A stretch of DNA of 64,000 bases from Candidatus Parvarchaeum acidiphilum ARMAN-4 (lineage in GTDB: Archaea > Nanobdellota > Nanobdellia > Parvarchaeales > Parvarchaeaceae), in contig GG730044.1 in the NCBI GenBank assembly GCA_002412065.1, positions 349-64,348 on the forward strand, read 5' to 3'. Of this stretch, positions 37,601 through 45,453 are shown one piece after another (positions within the stretch are counted from its first letter, which is position 1; every line of letters starts with the position of its first letter). The notes beneath the pieces were generated by a model. It was not told the origin of the DNA and ran no database searches. It saw only the letters and a program-made list of their open reading frames with translations. A program made the translations under genes and the position numbers.

Positions 37601-38227
37601 ATGAATTTAATGAATGCATTTAAGAAAAAAGAGGACGATATTCCAGATATAAGCTCTATGCTCAGCAATGGAATGAGCCAGCAAGATATTATAGATAGTC
37701 TAAGACAACAGGGCTACGACAGCACAGCTATAAAAGAAGCACTCATAAATGGGCTTAGAAGCAACAATGGGCAGCAAAACCAACAGAATGAAGCGCCTGC
37801 GCAGCCTGTACAGAGAATTCAACCATCTCAGCCGGTGATACAGAGCTCGAAACCGCAATATGAAAATACTCAAAATAGCATCAATAATCAAAACCTCGAA
37901 AGTATACAGCAGATTCTTGAACAGATAATAAACGAAAAATGGAAGAACTCCGCTTCCGAGCTTAATTCTTTGCGATCCAGCTTGAACATAAACACAAACT
38001 CAATAGAAACCATAAAAGATAACATTGAAAAACTAAATCAAAGGATAGACAGTATACAAAACACTATGGTTGGAAAAACAGAAGAGTACAATAAGACAAT
38101 ATCTGATGTAAATGTTGAACTTCAGGCCTTTGAAAAAGTTATAGACCGCCTGATACCAGCAATAAGCGACAGCATAAAAGAACTGAGAGATTTGGTAGAT
38201 GACTTAAAAACGTCAAAGACCACTTAG
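37601..38227 (+). CDS. three-part protein: small helical N-domain, Q/N/P-rich linker, C-terminal coiled coil
   Basis: Starts 4 nt after the upstream stop, with GGAGCTAGG just before the ATG. Domains were read from composition only. Confidence 0.4.
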   Translation: MNLMNAFKKKEDDIPDISSMLSNGMSQQDIIDSLRQQGYDSTAIKEALINGLRSNNGQQNQQNEAPAQPVQRIQPSQPVIQSSKPQYENTQNSINNQNLESIQQILEQIINEKWKNSASELNSLRSSLNINTNSIETIKDNIEKLNQRIDSIQNTMVGKTEEYNKTISDVNVELQAFEKVIDRLIPAISDSIKELRDLVDDLKTSKTT

Positions 38228-38315
38228 TTTAAATATTAGTTCCCTTCTGTTTAAATATTGAAATAAAGGCCTGTTTTATTTTTAAATGGCATGTTAATCA
38301 GCAGGTGAAAATACA

Positions 38316-38702
38316 ATGAGTAAAAAAAACCTTGATAAATTAATAGAGCAACAGAACGACGCAGAAATCGATAAATACATATCAAAGATTTTCAAGCTTT
38401 CGGCTGATATGAAGGAAAAAATGCACTTGGTTCAGGATTTCAATGGATTTAATAATTATTACATCTTTCTCTCAGATAATTTGGATTATGTCAAAAAAAT
38501 TAATAAAATGAGCAATAAAGAAGTAGAGGTTTTATATTCTGCTCTAAAGCACCCAGTGCTTTTTGTAGATCTAAATTCAGACCGCTTGGATTACTTTTGT
38601 GAAATTTTTGACGGTTTAACGCCAGGATACGAATTACTTACAAAGAAAATGGAGAAGGGAGAAAATGACCGCTTATTTGAGCGTTATGCACAGGCTAAAT
38701 AA
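38316..38702 (+). CDS. hypothetical protein
   Basis: ORF only (128 aa). Confidence 0.35.
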   Translation: MSKKNLDKLIEQQNDAEIDKYISKIFKLSADMKEKMHLVQDFNGFNNYYIFLSDNLDYVKKINKMSNKEVEVLYSALKHPVLFVDLNSDRLDYFCEIFDGLTPGYELLTKKMEKGENDRLFERYAQAK

Positions 38703-38720
38703 ATAGACAACAAAAGAGAT

Positions 38721-39149
38721 TTGGAATATGCCTGGATGTATCATATCTCCTATAAAATAAAAAAAGAGGGTGTTTTAGTTGTATACAATGGGGAGGAAAC
38801 TCCGTTTGAATTTTATTTAGTAGAATCATCGAAACTAGGAAAAGACCAAAAGAAAATAATGGATTACCTTAATAAAATCGAAGATGAAGAAGCAGCTAGA
38901 TTTATAAGTATTTCAGATAATTTTTCCATAGTTGATACTGAGAAAGGAATTGTTTATGCAATCGAAACCAGAAAAGACAAAGATGGAAAAGATAAATTAA
39001 AGTTTTCAAGCCATGAAAACAGAAAAGAGTTTAGTAACTTATACAAAATTTTGGATGAAGCAAACAAAAACCCAAATATAAAAGTGTTTGATTTAGACCA
39101 GCAAGATTACTCGCCTACAAAAGAAGCACCATCTGACATGTATAGGTGA
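38721..39149 (+). CDS. hypothetical protein; stop codon lies inside the repeat/IS end
   Basis: ORF only (142 aa). Its TGA (39147-39149) is part of the gtgac terminus of the repeat element. Confidence 0.35.
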   Translation: MEYAWMYHISYKIKKEGVLVVYNGEETPFEFYLVESSKLGKDQKKIMDYLNKIEDEEAARFISISDNFSIVDTEKGIVYAIETRKDKDGKDKLKFSSHENRKEFSNLYKILDEANKNPNIKVFDLDQQDYSPTKEAPSDMYR

Positions 39150-39193
39150 CATCCTCCCACCTCTAAAGAGCGTGGGCTTCCGCAGTTATTGAC
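39146..39193. repeat. repeat element, left part plus a diverged continuation (overlaps the tnpB 3' end)
   Basis: gtgacatcctcccacctctaaag matches 23214-23236 at 22/23. The following agcgtgggcttccgcag is a diverged relative of catgtgggttttcctgc. Confidence 0.7.
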
Positions 39194-39615
39194 TGCCGAG
39201 ATGGTTCCTGCTTCTCCGGATCATGGCTCGTAGACCTTACTAAGATTTTCATCTTAACAAGTTCCGCCGTCAGAGGATTCTCAACAGGCTTATATTCCCC
39301 TCTGTCCAAGGGTATTTGATTCAGTCTTATTTGCTTAAGACCGAAATTCCTTATGTTTATCGCTGCGTTTATATCCCTATCTAATTGTGAATTGCAACTT
39401 TCACATGCCCATTCTCTTTCTTTTAGCGTCAAATCACTGTTGACATGCCCGCATACACTGCATGTCTTTGACGACTTTTCAAACATTCCTATCTCTATCA
39501 CGTTCTTTCCCTGGTTCTCTGCCTTGTACTTAAGGAACTGGAAGAATCTGCTCCAGCTCACATTGCTTATTGACTTTGCAAGGCTGTGGTTTTTCTTCAT
39601 TCCCTTAATGTTCAA
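39163..39615 (-). mobile_element. tnpB: TnpB (IS200/IS605-family RNA-guided nuclease) C-terminal fragment
   Basis: ..KNHSLAKSISNVSWSRFFQFLKYKAENQGKNV..SKTCSVCGH..WACESCNSQLDRDINAAINI covers the zinc finger plus the RuvC-III motif. The N-terminal ~250 aa expected for TnpB are absent, and only ~100 nt separate the fragment from aspS. Confidence 0.8.
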
Positions 39616-39665
39616 TGTCTCTACTGCTATAGTATCGAACTGCTTGGTTATCGCTGTTGATACCG

Positions 39666-39703
39666 CTAAAGCATGTGGGTTTTCCCGCTCACCTTTGATA
39701 AAC
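39666..39703. repeat. repeat element, right part
   Basis: ctaaagcatgtgggttttcccgctcacctttgataaac matches 23231-23268 at 37/38. Confidence 0.8.
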
Positions 39704-39712
39704 TTTTTACAT

Positions 39713-41002
39713 TCAAGGCATCAATCTATCCGGAGTTCTTGGAAGCAAAGTTGCTTCAGCTACATTTTCAAGATTAAGCATCTGCTTTACTATTCTTTCT
39801 AGGCCCGTTCCAGAACCCCCATGAGGCGGAACACCATACCTGAAAAAATCTGTATAAAACTTGAATTTTTCAGGGTCCAAGTTCTTTTCCTTTAATTGCG
39901 ATATAAGCACATCATATCTGTGCTCTCTCTGCGCCAAGGTTGTTATCTCTAATCCTTTGTAAATTAAATCTGCACGGTTTGTAACTTCTTTATTGTCTTC
40001 CTTTTTCATGTGATAAAACTGCGCTATTGACCATGGAAATTCCGTTAAGAAGAAAAAGTCGCTGTTGTATTTTTCTTTTACATACTGCCCCATTATTCTT
40101 TCTCCTTCTGGGTCAATATCCCCATCGTCCTTAAGTTTGTTACCGTATTTTTTTAGGATTTCGCTTGCTTCCTTTATTGTTATTCTCGGGAATGGAACTT
40201 GTGGATCATCCAATTTTATCCCGTAAAGCTCAAGGTCATTTTTGTTTCTTTCTCTTACTTCTTTAAAGATCCTAAGTATTAATTTTTCCATTACCGACAT
40301 TACATCCTCATATGATTTTATGAAACTCATCTCCAGGTCTACGCTTGTGTATTCTGTCAAATGCCTTGAGGTGTGATGCGGCTCTGCCCTGAAAACAGGC
40401 CCTATCTCAAAAACTTTTTCAAAACCTGCAGCCATCATCATCTGCTTGTAAAATTGCGGTGACTGTGCCAGAAATGCTGTCTTATCAAAATAAAGAACCT
40501 GAAAAACATTTGCTCCTCCTTCTGTTGCCTGTGATATTATTTTTGATGAATGTATCTGATAGAATCCCTGGTCTTCGAAAAATTTTGTTATTGCGTTGCT
40601 TACAGTGCTCTGTATTTTAAAGATTGCCGCAGTCTTTGGCTTTCTTAGGCTCAAAAATCTGAAATCAATTTCCTTATCCAATGAAGACTGTACTTTTTCG
40701 CTTAAATTTAAAGGGACTGGCTGCTCTGCTGTTGTTATTATCTCGAGTTTTTCAGGTATTATCTCATACCCGTTTACTGCCTTTGCATTTTCCTTCTTTT
40801 CCCCAACTGCTTTGATTACAGACTCCGCCTTTATTTCGTTGATCTTTTCAAATATTTCTGGATTTGAATTCTTGGAGACTGTTACTTGGTACCTCCCGTT
40901 TATATCCCTTACAGTTATGAATGCTAATCCTCCAAGATTTCTTACATTCTCAGCCCATCCTTCTAGTTCTATCTTTCCGTTTTCATTGCTTATCATAAAC
41001 AT
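39713..41002 (-). CDS. aspS: aspartate--tRNA ligase, archaeal/eukaryotic type
   Basis: Class IIb motifs aligned from memory to archaeal AspRS: FRFLSLRKPKTAAIFKIQS, TEGGANVF..AFLAQSPQFYKQMMM, FRAEPHHTSRHLTEY, QREHRYDVL, FRYGVPPHGGSGTGLERIVKQML, C-terminal LLPRTPDRLMP. About 430 aa. Confidence 0.8.
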   Translation of the reverse strand: MFMISNENGKIELEGWAENVRNLGGLAFITVRDINGRYQVTVSKNSNPEIFEKINEIKAESVIKAVGEKKENAKAVNGYEIIPEKLEIITTAEQPVPLNLSEKVQSSLDKEIDFRFLSLRKPKTAAIFKIQSTVSNAITKFFEDQGFYQIHSSKIISQATEGGANVFQVLYFDKTAFLAQSPQFYKQMMMAAGFEKVFEIGPVFRAEPHHTSRHLTEYTSVDLEMSFIKSYEDVMSVMEKLILRIFKEVRERNKNDLELYGIKLDDPQVPFPRITIKEASEILKKYGNKLKDDGDIDPEGERIMGQYVKEKYNSDFFFLTEFPWSIAQFYHMKKEDNKEVTNRADLIYKGLEITTLAQREHRYDVLISQLKEKNLDPEKFKFYTDFFRYGVPPHGGSGTGLERIVKQMLNLENVAEATLLPRTPDRLMP

Positions 41003-41126
41003 CTTTCTATCTTTGGATTAATAAATGTATTTCCCTATTTATAGCGTTATATCATACTGCGATAGATTAACAAACTTCAGCTCAAGCTTTACACAAAGTT
41101 AAATTCTTTCCCAAATTACAATAGAG

Positions 41127-42014
41127 ATGGAAGAAAGCATTGAAGGAGCTAGGCTGCATACCGCAGAGCACATGTTTGCAAGGGCCCTGCAAGAACAAGG
41201 ATTAGACATACATGTAAGAAAAGCTGACACATACAGAGAAGATGATATCGGGAAGGTTTACATAAAAGAAATAATACCTTTTGAAAAAATAACTCTGGCT
41301 GAAAAGAGAGTAAATGAAAAAATTCTAGAAAATTTGGCTGTAAAAGAGGAAAATTTTGAAAATTTGGATGAAGCAACAAAAAATAACCCTAAATTAAGAT
41401 TCAATGAAGACAGACTTGACAAAGAAAAAGAGGTCAGGGTCATATCTATAGGGGATTATGACTTTTCAGCATGCAAACACCTGCATGTAAAACAAACCAA
41501 AGAGATTGTAATGTTTACTGTAAAACGAATATCTTATTTGGGAGGTGAAACTGAAATAGAATTTTTAGCAGGGACTTATGCTTTAATGTTTTTGATGCAG
41601 ATAAAAAACCAGGTGATTAACGCCGCAATGGAAAGGCATTTCATTCCTGAAAAAATCTTAGATTACATAAAGAATGAGAATGAAAGAACAAACGAACTAG
41701 AAAAGGAGGAAAAAGAAATTTTTTACAGGATTTTGGAAGAAAACCCGCAGGTTATACTACTGAAGGAAGTAAAAATATCAAAATTTTATGGAGAGCTAAA
41801 CTATTTCATAAAAAACAACCCAGAAAAATGCGTTAACATAACATATGGGAAACAGATAATAATCCTGAAAGGAAAAGACTGTACAAAGGACTTGCAATCA
41901 TTCGGAGAAAAAATAAAGGGCTTGGGATTTGCTGGCAATGTAACAGATAATTCTATAAACGGGAAGATAGATGAAACAAAACTAAAAGAGGTTATGGATT
42001 TGTGGAAAGCTTAA
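41127..42014 (+). CDS. alaX: AlaX-like tRNA editing protein (Ala/Thr-tRNA synthetase second additional domain)
   Basis: HTAEHMFARAL (HxxxH) and the SACKHLHV (CxxxH) zinc motif. Confidence 0.7.
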   Translation: MEESIEGARLHTAEHMFARALQEQGLDIHVRKADTYREDDIGKVYIKEIIPFEKITLAEKRVNEKILENLAVKEENFENLDEATKNNPKLRFNEDRLDKEKEVRVISIGDYDFSACKHLHVKQTKEIVMFTVKRISYLGGETEIEFLAGTYALMFLMQIKNQVINAAMERHFIPEKILDYIKNENERTNELEKEEKEIFYRILEENPQVILLKEVKISKFYGELNYFIKNNPEKCVNITYGKQIIILKGKDCTKDLQSFGEKIKGLGFAGNVTDNSINGKIDETKLKEVMDLWKA

Positions 42015-42571
42015 ATGATATCTCAAAAGAGATAGTAAAATGTACATTATGCGAGCTATGTTTAAAAAGGACAAATGCGGTTCCTGGAGAGGGAAACGAA
42101 AAAGCTGACATTGTTGTAATAGGCGAAGCACCAGGCAAAAATGAAGATTTACAGGGGCGGCCGTTTATAGGCATGTCGGGAAAATTCCTCACAAAAAACC
42201 TGGAGAGCCTTAATATAAAAAGAGATTCGGTTTTTATAACAAACGCTGTAAAATGCCGTCCTCCTAACAATAGAAAACCAAAAAAAGAGGAGTTAGATAA
42301 ATGCCGTTCTTATCTTGTAAGGCAACTTTCTAGTATAAACCCTAAATTAATACTTGCATTGGGAACTTCCGCAGCAACTTCTTTAGGTATTGAATTCAAG
42401 CACTTAAGCGAAATAAAGGGCAAAGTTATTGATATCTCGTTAAATGGCAAAAAATTTAAGTGCCTTGTTACCTTCCATCCCTCTTTTCCAATGCGCTTTC
42501 CCTCGGCAAGAAAGGCCTTTCTAAGCGATCTCTCAATGGCCTTTAACTTATACAAAAATTTATCTACATAG
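42002..42571 (+). CDS. udg: uracil-DNA glycosylase, family 4
   Basis: CxxC near the N-terminus, GEAPG motif A (VIGEAPGKNED), FITNAVKCRPP, and HPS motif B (TFHPSF). GTG start overlapping the end of alaX. Confidence 0.85.
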   Translation: MESLNDISKEIVKCTLCELCLKRTNAVPGEGNEKADIVVIGEAPGKNEDLQGRPFIGMSGKFLTKNLESLNIKRDSVFITNAVKCRPPNNRKPKKEELDKCRSYLVRQLSSINPKLILALGTSAATSLGIEFKHLSEIKGKVIDISLNGKKFKCLVTFHPSFPMRFPSARKAFLSDLSMAFNLYKNLST

Positions 42572-42614
42572 TAATAGTAAAGTATTTATATGAACTTACT
42601 TCATAGTATATAAC

Positions 42615-43628
42615 ATGAAAGTAGCTAAAGATAAGGATAAAAATATTAACACGGGAAAAAACAGTAAAACCAGTAATAAAGCCGAAGGCCAACCTTCACA
42701 GAACAACACTAGCAAGCAGACTTTAGATGACCTAATTAAAGAAAACGGCGATTATTATAATGCATTAAACTCATTTGTAAAAACAATAAAACAATTTGAA
42801 ACAAACCAGTATAACAATTTCTCTGATTTTGGGAGAAACTTTCTAGCAAGTTTTAACGCATACTTAAATAATAGCGCAATAAAGGATGACGAGAAGAGGA
42901 TGAACGATTGGTATATCGCTGCTTTGGAGGCAGGATTGAACAACGCTTCTGTAGAAACTAGCAAGAAAAAGGAGTATATCCAAAGCACAATAAACCAGTT
43001 TACTCCTGCTTTGTCGGCTGAATATAACAAAATAAAAAGCACTTTAACCCCCGAGCATTATCATAATATGGCGCAGAGATCTTTGAATGACCCTATGATA
43101 ATGCTTAACCCTTTTACTAACAATTTAAAGCAGGAACTTAGCAAAAACAATGCATATGGAAATAGCATAAATTCTAACGAGCTTTTAAAAGATATGGAAA
43201 ATGACTTAAAAAATAATGAGTTTTCAAAGCTTGCAGACTACTTCCAAAGAATACCCTACAACAGAGATGCTTATAAGAAACTAGATCTTAATGACCAACA
43301 GATAGATACTTTAATAAGCAGCATGGACAAGACATTCAGGGATATATCTGAAGATTTAAAGCAAGATGATAAAAAGAGATTGATGGGGACTATGGCAAGT
43401 ATAATATCAAATGAAAACAATACCCAGTTTTCAGATTCGGATAAAAAGCATGCTGCAAATTCATTCAGCAATGCAAATCCAGATCCAATGACTGGCCTTT
43501 ATCTTGCTTTGAACTCATCAAGAGGTGCAATCAACCCTGGGAGCAATGGAATGAACGCAGAAAACATTGCAAAAATGTTAGGAGTTAACCCTTATTCAGC
43601 TGGTCCTGATATGGGGTTAGGTTATTAG
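42615..43628 (+). CDS. orphan protein 1 of a three-gene operon (N/K/S-rich, predicted helical)
   Basis: ORF of 337 aa. The TATA-like tttatatg at 42585-42592 lies 23-30 nt before the ATG. No motif recognised. Confidence 0.45.
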   Translation: MKVAKDKDKNINTGKNSKTSNKAEGQPSQNNTSKQTLDDLIKENGDYYNALNSFVKTIKQFETNQYNNFSDFGRNFLASFNAYLNNSAIKDDEKRMNDWYIAALEAGLNNASVETSKKKEYIQSTINQFTPALSAEYNKIKSTLTPEHYHNMAQRSLNDPMIMLNPFTNNLKQELSKNNAYGNSINSNELLKDMENDLKNNEFSKLADYFQRIPYNRDAYKKLDLNDQQIDTLISSMDKTFRDISEDLKQDDKKRLMGTMASIISNENNTQFSDSDKKHAANSFSNANPDPMTGLYLALNSSRGAINPGSNGMNAENIAKMLGVNPYSAGPDMGLGY

Positions 43629-43638
43629 GAGGTGTTTT

Positions 43639-44487
43639 ATGAAAGTTGTAGGATTTGTTTCTGGAGCAGGATACAAAGCAATAAATACGAACGGTTCTGA
43701 CGCAATAGCTAAAAGCTTTAATTACACCGAATGGAATGACACTAGAAAATACAACTTGCAGAATTTCACTGGTTCATTGCAAAGGGAAATGGGCACTGGT
43801 AATATTGCTGATTTAATGGCTTATAATGAAATTGCAAAAGTACAAGTGGCTTCAGAAATGCCAGGTGCAAAAGTTGTAGGTTTAGAAGACAAACTTTCTG
43901 AGATAAGAAGATTAAATCAATTGGAGCAATCTGGTTTAGAACCGCACAAGAACCTTGGCCCATTCAAGCTTTTAAGATATGAGATTGTAAATGCCGGTGC
44001 ATTGAAAACATACGATGCAACAGGCAATATAAAAACACAAAAAATGTTCAGACTAAAGCTAGAATATGGTTACAGGCTTATAGATAGAAAAAGGGCTTAC
44101 CACCAAAACATGCATGACCTGGCTTTGCAAGTACTGCAGAACTCTGCAAACAAAAGGATCCACTTTGGTAATTTGGATAGAAGATGGTTTAATGACAGGG
44201 TTTATGCTGATGACCTACAGGTAGAATTCTTTTCTCCTTATAGATGGGGAGGAAGCTATGATTACAGAAAGACTAACCTGAGAGATAATAGCGTTTTATA
44301 CAGACACGGACTGGCTTACAAAACAATGGAGGCAATTTTTGGAGGAACAGTAAAAGGGCTTTTAGTTGGGCCGAGAATAAGTGTAGTGTCAACAAAGCCA
44401 ATGCCTGAAGAGAGAGTAAAGGACTTAATGAGCATACTTGACCTTAAAGGAGCATACTCTATTGAAAAGCAGGAGGAGAACAATTAA
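43639..44487 (+). CDS. orphan protein 2 of the three-gene operon
   Basis: ORF of 282 aa. A strong SD (GGAGGTG, 43628-43634) lies 4 nt before the ATG. No motif recognised. Confidence 0.45.
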   Translation: MKVVGFVSGAGYKAINTNGSDAIAKSFNYTEWNDTRKYNLQNFTGSLQREMGTGNIADLMAYNEIAKVQVASEMPGAKVVGLEDKLSEIRRLNQLEQSGLEPHKNLGPFKLLRYEIVNAGALKTYDATGNIKTQKMFRLKLEYGYRLIDRKRAYHQNMHDLALQVLQNSANKRIHFGNLDRRWFNDRVYADDLQVEFFSPYRWGGSYDYRKTNLRDNSVLYRHGLAYKTMEAIFGGTVKGLLVGPRISVVSTKPMPEERVKDLMSILDLKGAYSIEKQEENN

Positions 44488-44489
44488 AT

Positions 44490-45326
44490 ATGGCAAAAGG
44501 AAATAACCTTGAGAAATTAATATCTGAAAGATTAATCTCTGAGGGCTCAAGCGCCGTTTACTTTAGCCTTAATCCGGCTGTAACAAGCAATGAGCTGTGG
44601 ACAAGAGAGAATGGGCTAGAAAAAAGCATAAGCACAAATAAACCTGGAGAGGCCGTTACATTAATTGGCAGGGCGGAAGGAGAAAAAGGTAAGGAATCCT
44701 ACTTCCTTCACAGTGTTTATGAAATCATACCATTTTCTTCAAAGCCAAAAGTTAGGAAGGAAGAAGATAAAGACACCTTCAAAAAAGTGTATGAAAGCAT
44801 GATACCAGGTGTAGCTTATATTAATCCCCTATCTATAGGTATAAACAATGAAGACTTCAATAACCTAGACAAAGAGACTGGGCCTGTAAAAAGAGGCAAC
44901 AAGGAATTTCTTGGTGTTGTGAATTTGGATTATTTAGTTGGTTTGAAGAAAGGAAAGATAAACGCTTACTTTAGAAATGGTGCATACTTAATAAGAAACC
45001 CTTCAAAAGAAAATAAGCCAACTAGTAATTATAAGATACTGGATAACATAGGCCAGGGTGCGGGTATAATCTCCTCAAAAATAACGAATAAAATAGCAGA
45101 TGCATATGGCTTTCCAAGGCCTAAGCCAGGGGACATAGTAGTCGGAGTAGGTTACTTTGAAGATACAATAATTAATTCAAAAATGGAAGAAAAGCAACCC
45201 TATGCGTTTTCAATGGTCGTATCTGCAATTGGAGACAGAGTGCAAGTTCCGCCTGACGTAATAGACAGCTTATACATAGAGGTTATTCTAGGTGTAGAGA
45301 ATAAATTAGGAAAGAAACTTGTCTAA
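44490..45326 (+). CDS. orphan protein 3 of the three-gene operon
   Basis: ORF of 278 aa that starts 2 nt after the upstream stop. AGGAGGAG at 44471-44478. No motif recognised. Confidence 0.45.
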   Translation: MAKGNNLEKLISERLISEGSSAVYFSLNPAVTSNELWTRENGLEKSISTNKPGEAVTLIGRAEGEKGKESYFLHSVYEIIPFSSKPKVRKEEDKDTFKKVYESMIPGVAYINPLSIGINNEDFNNLDKETGPVKRGNKEFLGVVNLDYLVGLKKGKINAYFRNGAYLIRNPSKENKPTSNYKILDNIGQGAGIISSKITNKIADAYGFPRPKPGDIVVGVGYFEDTIINSKMEEKQPYAFSMVVSAIGDRVQVPPDVIDSLYIEVILGVENKLGKKLV

Positions 45327-45453
45327 ACGCTTAAAACCGTATATCCAATAATTAATTTATAGACTATTATAAGACTACAAAACAACAAACACAATCTTTC
45401 AAAATAAGCACCTTCTTTTATAATTATTTTAGGTTTATTTTACTACAGCCTTG

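Noticed and set aside
39353-41021. + strand ORFs 39353-39802 and 40596-41021, overlapping the tnpB fragment and the archaeal-type aspS.
   Set aside because: They are antisense to sequences with clear TnpB and AspRS motifs. Part of the first ORF is simply the repeat element read in frame.
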